Assembly: GCA_905178155.1 (NCBI GenBank)
Contig: CAJINV010000001.1
Location: 13,429,712-13,493,711, forward strand
Origin: Amoebophrya sp. A120
Lineage: Eukaryota; Protista; Dinoflagellata
Reading direction: 5' to 3'
DNA length: 64,000 nucleotides
Part shown: one piece after another, positions 28,167 through 39,721 of the stretch
Layout of the letters: every line of letters starts with the position of its first letter
Position numbering within the stretch: position 1 is the stretch's first letter
The notes under the pieces: generated by a model
Databases searched by the model: none
What the model saw: only the letters and a program-made list of their open reading frames with translations
What the model was told of the DNA's origin: nothing
Translations under genes and position numbers: made by a program

Positions 28167-29053
28167 GCTGGCGATCTTTGCGTGAAGGAAGTCTGGGTCG
28201 CTTCACGTCGACAGAAAAGCAATACTTATGTTTCTTCCCGGGGTCCTCCCCTTCAGATGCGGTTCAACCGCTTGTCGTTATGTTCAACAACGACCCCGAA
28301 ACGGTTCTGCTTCCGGGCCGCTGCTAAAAACGTGTCTGGTGTGCTGGTCCGAGCGGGAAGGCAAACGACTGCGCTTCCTCCTCCCGCGACCTTGCCGCGC
28401 ATGGGCAAATCGTGCCCTCTCGGCGGCACGGAGACCTGCTGTCCGCGCTACTTCTTTCGCGCTGCTTCAAAAATCAAACCGAGCCATGAAAAACATACCG
28501 CGCAAAAGCAAAACAGTTGCGTTAAAGGGCGGAAAGAAAAGTTTTCACGCGGGTCGTGGAAACCAACATTTTGAAAAAAAAAAAGATCATCTTTGCCTTT
28601 GGATACTCTCATTAAAAAACCGAAAAATCGGATCCTTCGTTCGTACTTCCTCCTCATCTACTTCATCTCTCACACTGAAAACAAATCCCATCCTCAATAT
28701 CTCACTGTCATGTATTCCCCCCCTCGGTCTGGATCTTCTTCAAAAATTAGCAAATACTATTTCAACACATGGAAAAAAAAGCCGTAGGAAAGAGTCGCAG
28801 AAGCGAATCTCATACTCAGCTCCCTTCGCCAAACAAGTGATATTGTTGAGTAGCACTAGCAGTGCCAGTAGAAAAATGCGCGATTAAAAATGTTTTCGGA
28901 TTTTTCACGATCAAGGTGGGATAAACCAAGTACAGAGGAGCTCGGTCACTTATCGTGCGGGAAAAGAAAATAGTTCTCTTCTGATCTACCCCGGGTACTT
29001 TCTTCCCCTTCTTTCATCCGCGAGCACCCCGAGCTCCACCTGAGTACAATTTA

Positions 29054-32000
29054 TCATGGGTCGGGACCACTACTGGACGCCTCGCGTTCCTCCAGGGATG
29101 TCCGGAAGTTGGCACTAATTTTGTACGTGGCTTGGCTTGCGTTTGCCTTTGCCGTGGCTCGTCCTGTCTCTTCCGAATTACCTGACGCCCCCCCTCGTTC
29201 CGGCACCGGATCTCCTATGCTCAACATGGAGCCGGAGGCCCGTATGCTGCGCACGCCGCCCTGCAGGGGCCGCATTAGCCGCCCTTTATTCCCTGCGCCC
29301 ACGGCCAAGCTGCCCTTCTCCCGGGAACTCATCATGTCCATGGCCGCGGTCAGGTTGGCGCACTGTGTCAGAAGCTTTTCGTACTTCGATTTCGCGTCGC
29401 GAAGTGAATTTTCCAGTGCCGCGATGCGCTGGTCCTTTCGCACGACCTTCTTCTCGTTCACCTGGCACTCGACCTTCAGCCCGCTGTTCTGGGAAACCAG
29501 TTTATGGTACATCACCGTCAGCTGCTCCAAATTCTTATCCAACTGGCTAACTTTGCGCTTCAAAGGCCGGTCACCGTCCTTCAGCTTGTCATGTAGGTCC
29601 GCAGCGCGCTCCCGCTCGCTCGCAAGCTCCATCTGAATTTATCGGTTTTTCATGATTCAGGCACAAGAAATGATAAACCACATGAACGCTCTCGGTCTTT
29701 TCTCTAGAAAATGCAAATGAAAAACGCCCGATGCTCAAACAAAAACGGCCAGCTAGTACCTCGAGCTTCGTGACGGCGGCTTCTCGCTCGCGCAAGAGCG
29801 AGTGCATTTCGCCCTCTCTGTCTTGTTGTGCGAGTTCGTTTTCGCGCGAGAGGCGGATGTTGCCCTCTGCCAGGTCTTTCATCACGGACAGCACGACCTT
29901 GCAGCTCGCGTCGACAATGTCGTCGTCGGCAAGCAGTTCGCGGGAACAGATTTGCAGGATGTTCGCTGGAGCCGTTGCTCTCTCGTCCTGCAGCTTTCCG
30001 GCGATGACCTGCATGCCTTTCACCTTTTGCTGTTCGCACTGCTCCTTGGCCTCCGCTACCTCGGCCTTCAGGTTCTTCTTCTCTAGCTTCAGCGACTCGT
30101 TTTCGGCTTTTTGTGTAGCTAGGTCCGCCTGCAGGCGCGCCAGTTGCGACTGCAGCTCGTCGCGCTCGTACGAGACCGCTTGCAGTTCCGTCTGGGTTTC
30201 CTGCAGCTTCTGCTGGGACGCGAAGGCCGCCTTTTCTGCCTGCTCGACGTCGGCGCGCAGCTCGACGTTTTCCCGCTGCAGCTCCGCAAGCTCCTCTTGC
30301 TGCTGCTCGCTCAGCGCTTGCGCGCCACTACCTGGCTCCCCGACGTCCCCTTCCGTGCCGGACTCGACCTGCGCCCCGTCGCTGGAGCCGTCCGGGATGG
30401 GGATGCCATTGGTGCTCAACAGGCCCTCCAGCGCCTTGACGCGGTTCTTGGACCGGGCAACAATCTCGCGAAGCTGCACCACCTTCGCGTTCAAAGCCTC
30501 CACGCCTGTTGTAGTCGGAGATAAAGAAGTTCGTGACAATAAAATGGCTTGTACGGTCATAAACGACACCATGCGCAAAGATTGCAACAGCCTTGTTACG
30601 TACGTCGTACTGGCAAAATAAATGAGGAGCGCAAACGAAAACAAAGAAAAATATACTGAGATCCTCATTAACGACGGCTCGGTTCTTGATCATCTTTGCG
30701 CGCTGCCCAAATCGTAACGTGCTCAGCGTTTCTGCGTCGTTGGCGGAGGAAGGCGAGACCGTGATTATTAGTGTCGTTTTTGCGTTACCTAGTATATTTT
30801 TTTCCGAGCAGTCGTGAAGCAAAACTCAATTCAGGTGCTGTCCGGGGATCTACTTTTCGTCCTGCAAAGAGCATATTCTACTACCTGCTCAGAAACACCA
30901 TGCACCAGACTCAGTCTAACTATCAAAAGGCCGCGAAGCCAGCAGTATGCAAAATATACCTCCTAAACTCTCGGACAGCAAGCGCGTGAGCTTGCTGTCC
31001 CTGTACGGCACGTGGCTCTTCCCGGGCTCGGTCAGCGCGTTGATCACGTTTCCCAGGGCGGACAAGCTCTTGTTGATCATTTTTGCCTCCTCCAGTCGAC
31101 TCCCGGTGGCCCCGGTCCGCTGGATCTTCTCCGAACCGGCCAAGTCGACCAAAAAGAGTTTTCCGCGCTTCACGGCGTTTTTCACAGTATCCTTATTCTC
31201 CACGGTGAGTTGGAAAATCATGTGCGACCGCGAACTCACCGCATTCATATTTGTGGCGCTGTCGTGGACGTGATTTTCATTTAATTTTCGGGGAAATCAA
31301 GAAGCATGGGACTCACGATTGAGTTTCTAATGATTTTGATCGCAGTGCGGGAATGAATAAAACGCAAGCAAAGGACCGTTCTTTTCAAAAACCAAATATA
31401 CCCGACGGTCCGGTTGTACTGCGCTTGTGATAGCGCGTCGAAGATCTCGTTTTCGCTTTGCACGTAACTCTCGGTGGCACCGTCTATGTACACGCCCTTG
31501 TCGGGGCGCTCCTTAATCTTCAAATTATCCTTTCCGGCTCCCCCGGCGGCGGTACCGGAAGGGTCTAGCAGACACCGAATTTTTTCCATGTACAGTTCGA
31601 CCATAGAGACCTTCACGAGAAACTCTTGTGTGGGCGGCGCGGAATAGATGGCGTCGAATATCGTCCATACCATGCGCGGAATCACGCCCTGCAGGTTCTC
31701 GTCAATCATGTCCGGGCCCTGCATCGTGTACCTGTGTCAGAAACAGATTCAAAATTTACAAAGGTGACTTACTTTCTAGGCTGAGGCCCAGCCCAGAAAT
31801 CCAACAACTGAGCGTGTCCACCCGTTGAATAAGGACGACACCACGGCATGTTTATTATTGCAACGAGAGCAAGAATCAATTTTATTTTTGAATTTGCACA
31901 TCATTTCGCAGCATACGAAGTACGTTTTTCCGCTGGCTGTTTGTCCGTAAGCAAATACGGTTCCGTTAAATCCCTCCATGACGGACTTGACGGTCGGCAG

Positions 32001-32255
32001 GGCCGCGTACTCGTACACTTTTTTCTGCGGTGAGTTCGTCGGAAACACACGGTCAAAGTGGAAACTGTACTGGTTCGAAGCCGTACTGTCCTTGTTCACT
32101 CCGGTCACAGCACCGAGGCGACAACTGATGAAGCCCTCATCGGTTTCCTTCGTGTCCACGCAAAACCCCTTGAGTTCCTTCTCGCTCAGGGGACGCACGC
32201 GGCAGCACACCCGCACGTTGTCCGAGCTACTGCTCCCACCGATTTCCAACGACAT
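29054..32255 (-). CDS. KHC: Kinesin-1 heavy chain, ~805 aa; exons 32255-31924, 31731-31402, 31258-30960, 30788-30657, 30505-29760, 29632-29054
   Basis: Motor motifs [47 protein letters not shown]; conserved tail coil [19 protein letters not shown]; IAK-like RLMRPLQGG. Five GT..AG introns give a 2418-nt open CDS. Confidence 0.92.
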
Positions 32256-33845
32256 CTTCGTTTTATTCGGGCAGACTCGGCAGACAGGAAGGAGTCCGGG
32301 TGTTTTATTTCCTTGCGATATCTGGAAGGGAAATGTCAATGTGTACGCACCACGACAGCAGGATCGCTGTACTGACGACTGCTGCTCCAACCTATTGCTG
32401 CTGAGGTACTTACTGTTCCGTCGCACTTTTCAATGGCGATTTTCCTTTCTTCACCAAGTGCCGTCGGAGCCTCCGGGGCCGTGTTTTTTCAAAGCCGAAT
32501 CGTACTGTAGAGCAACCTCGCTGGTGTCAGTTGATGCAGCACCTCCGCGGCGCGATCTGCTAGCTTGGGTTACGTTACCACGCAAGCAAAAAATGACTCG
32601 GAAAACGATCCTGGAGTAACTATCCGGAGGAGGTTACAATTGGCGCTGATGTCGTCGACATGCTGGAGGGCTGAGGCTAGGCCACGATTATGCCAACTGG
32701 CCGTTCGCTTTTGCTTCTTTTGTAATCTGTAAGAGCAGGACAAAACAAGAAGTTCTGTATAAAAATGTCAAGTACGCGCACTGACAGGGTTCAAGTGGTC
32801 GCTCTCAGCCTGTAGCTACTATGAACGGCATCCTTCTAAGCAGAAGAAGGCTTCATCCCTCGAACTACCTGTAGTCTAGTTCGCTCTGGTGCGTGTGGTC
32901 TTCCCCTGGTGAAAGCCCTTTGAAAGTTTCAAAAAAACGAAAATAACACAAAGAAATCAAAACGCCAGAGGGAATATTGCGTAGGGCTTTCGACGTTGTC
33001 GTGCTCTTGTGTAGTTACAACGCGAGCGCTTGGCTTAACGTCAGAGAGGAAAAATTATCTGCATGGTACCAATACGTTCTGACCAGGGTAGACTATGATT
33101 GAGTGTGAGTCCTGTGTAAATCTGACGAAGGGTCCATGAGCAGAGCAAAACGAAACAAACAGAGCAGTCAGTGTCCTGTCGCGAAAGACATTTCTTCCGT
33201 ACGGCTTGACGAAACAAGCACAACTGACAATGAACGACAGGGAACAGAAACAACGCACGAAGCTAGCAGGCTATCATGTGTACGACAAAGCAATTTTATT
33301 TTCAAAATGTATGCACGTGACCGACACCTAGAAGCGCACGAGAGTCACCGAGGATAGGACACGAATCCTGCAAGGAAGTGCACCTGGCAGGGCAAACCGA
33401 CTACTTCATCCTGGCTGTACCGAGTAGCTCTTACAAAACCGAGACAGAGACGAATTCCGCTACATGGAGGACATTCATTTGCACGACGAGTTCTTCGATA
33501 TCCTAGCCACGAACACCAGAACTTTCGCACAGAGCCAGAACCGAGTACGTCCTCTCGATCGATTACATCAATTGTCATCCCACACGGAGTGCGGTTCCCG
33601 TTTGCGAAATATTCTGGTACAAGAAGCGGCAGCAGTTCTTCTTTCCAATACTTTATTGTGACAGGTACTCCTTTCAAACAATTTCCATCAATACAGCACA
33701 ATGGGACGCTGCAGTCGTGTCACAAAGTGTTCTATTGCTGGTCTACTTTCTTATCACCTCTTACTTTGCGCAGTCTGGATTTCAAAAAAATCCGCCAGGA
33801 CCACACAGACAAACTGCACCACCCGCACCAGCATGACGACAAGCC

Positions 33846-35672
33846 TTATCCGCTCTGCTTCTTATTCGACCCCGGTGGCGGCAGGGGGCTGTTCCGAGTC
33901 GTGGTGGGAGTTGCAGCGGACGCGGAGGACGTCGCCGAGCCACTTTTTCTCTTCGGACTGGGACTGCTTGCGGGTTTTTTCTTGTAGGTGCGTGGTTTCT
34001 GCTGCATGGTGTCCCTCCACTCGTGGAAAGCGTCCCACAGGGAGGCCGAGTAACTGCCCATGCGCAGGGAGTTCATCACTTTGAACTCCTCCCGGAATTG
34101 AAAGTTCTCTTCAAACCCAATTTGCAGCGTGAACTCCGCGCGGTTCAGAGGCGACTGGGCGGGTGGGGACTTGGGCTCTACCTCCTTCAAGTTCGGAAAC
34201 GGTTCCGGCTTTTCCGGAATCGCAGGCCATCCTGTGGAAAACAAAACCTGCTTTGTGCAATGAAAGCAACTCTCTGTACAAAGAATGGGCTCTACTACAC
34301 AGCGGCGCATCAAGGCGGCACCTCGAACCCAACTCCAAGTCAGTAAGTCGCGATAGCAAAATTCACTTCTGCTGCCCCGAGACAACATTTCATGTTCGTT
34401 TTCGCATACTCACTTGAAGGATAATTATCTGTGTAGATATTCATTCAGCTGCCTGGGAATTGACCAAAACGAGCATGCTAGTAGTTGCTTTCCGTGGCAA
34501 ACCCATTGAAATACGAGGGCTTGAAGCAGCTGCAGCTGAACATGCAAGACTTGTTGCATTGAAATCTAGTACTTTCGCACAACTTCAGGTTAATGTCACA
34601 CAGGATACGAGCAGGGGCTTCGCTACCGGAAGGCGCTCCAGTACATCTACATCGAGGGCGTCCTCCGGCCGCTTTTGTTCCTATCAGGTGGTACAACATC
34701 CCCTCCCTCCAGACGAAGAAATACTGCCCGGACAACTCACAGTCATGCTTCTGCAAAAAAAAAGAGCGTCGCCATGTATTCTAGCATAAAGCTGCACTTA
34801 TCGGACCACGACAAATGACGGAGGAGGGGAGTTGTAGTATATGATATTTGCCGCACGGCGACCGGCAGTGGAGGGCTGCAAGAAAGTGCGAGTTGTAATA
34901 AGTTGGAGTTGGGACAAACGGAATACTTATCTTTCTTTTCCCAAACATGTTCGCCCCTCCAACTTTGGAGCAAGAAGACTGAAATTGTTCATTATGCATC
35001 GCATCATAAAAGAGGCACCCTTTTTGAATGTAAACAAATAATGCATGGTACTCTGGCTGAAATTTTCTGTCGTATTTTTCTTCCATTTTCTCCTGCTTGT
35101 GCGAAGCCAGTGTGCGCTCGAGGTTCTGGATCTTTCGCACCAGCTGCTTCTTCTCTTTCTGCCACTGCGCACGCTCCAATTCGTGTCGCTGGATCGGTAT
35201 TTTCGGTTGCATTTCACTATCTTTCTAAAACAAAAGCGAAAACTTGCATGTCTTGAATACTAGCGCGCAACTACGATTTGTTTCTATGCGCGTTGCGTGA
35301 CGACTCAACCTGTTTGTTGAATAAAATAGATGTCATGATATACCTTTTTCTCTTGTGCTTCATCCTGCGCTTGTCGGTACTGCTCCACACTCCGCTGCTT
35401 GACGATCGTATCCCAGGAAAAAAGTGTTACAATTACACATTTGTAGTCAATTCAGCAACGCAAATTTCTCTGCATGAGAGAGAAAACTTGCAATACAGAT
35501 ATCCTAGGGGAAAACATCTATGAAACGAGGCTTCTATGCGTATCCGGCATGACAGAGCTGGTCTGTCTTGCTTGGCCTGCAACACAATGTGTAACTGTAT
35601 CACTTTTGCCTTGCGATAGATCGGCGGAGTCGGAGGTGGCTCCGTGACCGACTCCAGCACGGGTGGCCACAT
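33846..35672 (-). CDS. Probable multi-exon hypothetical coiled-coil protein; exon structure only partly resolved
   Basis: Removing element 35409-35618 plus a GT..AG intron can link ...PTPPIVKQRSVEQYRQ... to the coiled-coil ORF 34781-35212. Protein-like terminal exon at 34231-33846; the middle exons are unresolved. Confidence 0.35.
35409..35618. mobile_element. IR-DR introner/MITE-like element (family C), 210 bp, 5-bp TSD GATCG
   Basis: Left end tatcccaggaaaaaagtgttacaattacacatt; reverse complement of right end tatcgcaaggcaaaagtgatacagttacacatt. GATCG at 35404-35408 and 35619-35623. Confidence 0.85.
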
Positions 35673-37523
35673 TCGCGGCACAAGCAGTCGCTTCTTGTTT
35701 TCTCTTTATCCTCTGCGTCTATTGCTCTTTAAAAAAAACACACGGGTACAATCATCGTCATTACCTGCAATGAAGTTGCTTGGATTTGAGATACTAATGA
35801 ATGTGATACAGTGCTGAAGAAGTAAATGAACTTCGTAGAATAGAAGACTATCCACAACTGCGCTGACAGACAAGTGACCCAATTTAGGTGCACCGAGCCG
35901 CGAACGATCTTTTCTTTTAGTCTTCATCCAGCGATGGAAAGAACAAGACGAATCCACGTTGATACGACCCACGATTTTCATTTTCAAAGGTGCTGCTGAA
36001 GAGACTGTACAACTAACAAACACAGTTCACGACCCGGATACTTGATGAGAAAATTGCACGTAACGAACCGCGACAAGAATCTAGGCACGTGAGCAGAATT
36101 TTTCTCTTTGCACAAATACAGACGACAAGAAAACTACACACACAACCGAAAGAGATGCAGTTGATTTTTCTGTGAACTTGACAACTAAAATGACATGGCG
36201 CAGCCCGGTCGCACCACACTTTTGCACACAATCCGTTGTGTACGGAAAGCACCGATAAAAAACACCGACTCACTCCATCAGGATTTTTCAAGCGCCGAGT
36301 GTAGGTAGAACGCTCGCGATATGACCAGAGACTTCTCCCGTTGCTACTGGCGTTGAATGTTGTTTTTTGCCTTTGCAGCTTATCTTGCGCATTGCGAAAT
36401 GCCAGAGCGAGAGTTTTTTATTCAGTACAGCTAAAGACATAGAATCTTTTCAAACGTAGCATCCGCTCTGTGAAATATCTGTTCCTCGCAAAACCGCCGC
36501 ATCAAGCACGAGTGAATCACGCTCGGTTGTCTTGCTCGTACGGACACGGAGAGCCTCCGGGAAAGAAACAAGAGTCCTGCTTCGCCCTCGACGGGTCCAA
36601 GTTCAGTGGACGGCAAACCGATCGCCTCGCACGGGCCGCTCTCTGTGCTGCGAGGCACTGAGGAGGAGGACCACTCCTGCCGTCGCCCCCGAATTTTGTT
36701 ATGATTTGGAGCCGACTGCCATTTCTCTCCGTCCGTGGTGGGTGCGTCGGGTCGATCGTCTCGTCTTGTGCGGTCGCATGTATTTTCCTGCCTGCAGAGG
36801 AGCACTTTCTTGCTGGTCGCAAGTAGGCGGACTCGCTTTATTCATCCCCTGTGGCGGCGTTGTCGTATGAATTTGCCATTTACTTCTGCTCGGTCGTCCG
36901 CGCGAACCTGCGCTTCAACTCGTCCGCCTACTGCGTGCCGACTCGCTCCTTGGGTGTCGCGTGATCGTGGCCGTCCCATGGCTGCGAAGTAAGTAGTCCC
37001 ATCATTTCCAAGAACCCGAACACTAGCTACTTCATACGTCGAACTCTGTTTCCTAGTAGCTGGTAAACACCACACATGAAACACCACGATGAGCAAACCG
37101 GCCAGGTCCGTCCGCGGTCGTTCCCTTAGTGGCCAAGGCGACCTGCCGAACGAGGTTGATCGGAAATGCAGACCAGTTGCAAAAGCGCCGACCACGAAGA
37201 GCTGCAAGGGGACCGCCTCTAGGGGAAGAAGTGCTGTTCTTTAGGACGCTTGTTCATTCGGTTTCTTGTCGTTGTCTCGATTTGCCTGCAAGCCGCGTTC
37301 GTAGATCTTCTCTTTCACGCAAACACCGACCAGCGGTATCGTGTTCAAAAAGTGCACCACTTCGCGAAAAATCCGAGGCCAAGGTCGGTTTTGCCACTCG
37401 TCGATGATGAGCGGCCTAAAGAAGGATTTCGTAGGAAGGCAGTTGAGTGATTTTTGCGTCAAAGTACATAATTTTTGTGTAGTTGAGGACAGACTGTAGT
37501 TGACGCACACTCCGTTCGACCGA

Positions 37524-39105
37524 TCAGACATGACAGCTGCGGAGACAGTTGAAAAACATATCCCGTACGCCAGGACACATTGGCGGGGCACCTGAGGTAC
37601 GACAAGTCCAAAATTGGATCGAGTAGAACTACTAGCTACGGAAGCCATTTCGTTTCGTGTGTATCGGTTGCACACCTCAAAAAGTAGTACAGTTTCACCA
37701 CTAACCCGAATCATATTGATGTATTTGTACCTTGTCCGTAGGGGCGCATGGCTCCGCCGGCCATCGGGATTTTCGCAAGCCTCACACCGTGGATATCCGG
37801 CGTATCCAGCGAAATCTCACCCGTAGAAACCAATTGCGCAATTTCACGCCCGATCTCGCGAAAAAAGGGCTCCACGTTTGCACCTGGAAAGTTTCGATTT
37901 TCGGATAGGTGAAGATTTTCATAAAACGAAATGGCTTGGCCCTCCAAACCGGACAAAGGTCAAACTCTGTTAAATCATCCTTCACTCAGAAACATTTACA
38001 TTTCTGAAAATTTTCAAGGAAAATAAATACCGCTATAGGCGCTGGTCTCGACGTACTTCATATTGGCAGCCGATGCGTAGTCCCTGGCTTCGGATTCTGA
38101 CACTTGTCGGCCGGGGGTGTGCGACACGATCGAGTCCGAGTTAGCCAGGTCCACCTTGTTTCCGACTAGCACTTGGATCAGCATCCGGTTCTGCCTGCCA
38201 CAGGTCTCATGGATCTCCCGCAGCCAACTAGAAAGCCGCGTGAAGGAGCCTCGGTCACAGAGGTCGAAGGCGAAAATAACGGCGGTCGCTTATGGAAACG
38301 AAAAACTCCCTCGTCCCAATATTCTTTTCTTCAAAAGGGCGCTCTTTCAAAAATCCGACACAGCGCGTCTGTTGCTGAATTAGCGTACACGACAATAAAT
38401 CAGCTTTGGCTTGCTGCAAGAGCAGAGTGGAGGCATTTTCTGTGCCTGTTTAGCTCTCCTGCAGAGGACCTCTTTGCACAAGAAGAAACAAACCTTCGCG
38501 GATGCAAAATGGTCTTCGTTTTCCCTGTTTGCAATTTGTGGTCGCAAAGCAACATCACAAGTTTCGCTTTTGGCTACGGGGAGGGAGTGTTTTTCCTCAA
38601 GATATCGCCCCCTTGAACAATTCCTTCTGCAACGCACGCATCGAGGGCCCACCGCCGACGTCGGTCAGAACCATGTGTATCTGCAAGAATTATTTATGCG
38701 CAATCGGTTACTTTTTGAGTGTTTACTATGGTTATGAATGAGCGACGTACATGATCGGCTTCATGTGTTATCTGGTGCCTACAACCACCCACTCGCTCCC
38801 ACAACAGATCGAACTGCGGTTGCAATGAATCATGACCTCTGCGAACGGAGGAAGAATTACTGGTGAAGAAAACGAAAAAAACACGTATTTGCGTAAAAAG
38901 TTTTTACCCTTCTTTTCCTGCCGAACTCGGAGTCCACATCGAAGTGCCAGACATTCGTTTGATGCCCGATCGTGATGTCCTGCGTCCCTGCGCTTTTGTG
39001 AATCAATCTTGATACCAGCGAACTTTTGCCCACGCCCGCCTCCCCGACCACGAGCACCCGCACCTCAATCGGCGCTGCATCAGACAAAGATGCGGAGGCA
39101 GCCAT
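37524..39105 (-). CDS. Divergent Rab-family small GTPase, ~249 aa; exons 39105-38908, 38680-38608, 38288-38031, 37883-37731, 37591-37524
   Basis: G1 GEAGVGKSS, switch I TIG, G3 DVGGG, G4 GNKVD, G5 ETSA, RQVSESEA. Intron 2 is non-canonical; the last exon is tentative. Confidence 0.85.
38291..38604. mobile_element. IR-DR introner (family B) forming non-canonical Rab intron 2, 314 bp, TSD TCGCT/TCGCC
   Basis: Ends tatggaaacgaaaaactccctc and gagggagtgtttttcctcaagata. Removing 319 nt restores ELFKGATAVIFAFD. Confidence 0.85.
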
Positions 39106-39721
39106 GTTTTACGAAGTTTCTGCTTCTTGATGTTCCAGGTATGGTAAAAAACTACGTGAAAACAAGTCCAAATCGCACTCGCTCTCCGAAAAAAAAAACT
39201 ACCCACTCGACGTCAATTGTCTCCTGCGCAGGTGTGTGAGAGGAAAGGTTTACGATCTGGGATCGACGGCTATATCCCTTTGGGTCCTTGATGGTTGTTT
39301 GGAGAAAAAACGAGGACGTAGAGGACGTGCTAACAGGTAAAGGACGACCGTATCTGTAAGTCTTGTTGGAATGGCAACCTCTAAGTGATTACGGACGATT
39401 GGTGCAATCTCTCAGATTCAACGCAGAAATGAAAATACCGAGAAAGAGGTATACAAATCTTTCCTACTTTGCAGCATGCACGACTCCCGGACGTACGACT
39501 TGTTAAACGAACACATATGTCTGTTTGGAAAAAACGTTTCTGCGCTTTGGGGTCAGTCGGAAAAATTTATGATGGTGTACGCTATCTGTCCAAACACGTC
39601 TTCTAGACGCTGGCGAGTGCCGAACGACAACACGATGTTAGATCTGCGCACAGCGCAGGGAACAGAGACGAGTAGAGTGGCGCGTCGCCGCTCATATTTC
39701 ACAGCATCAGCCGTTATCTCC

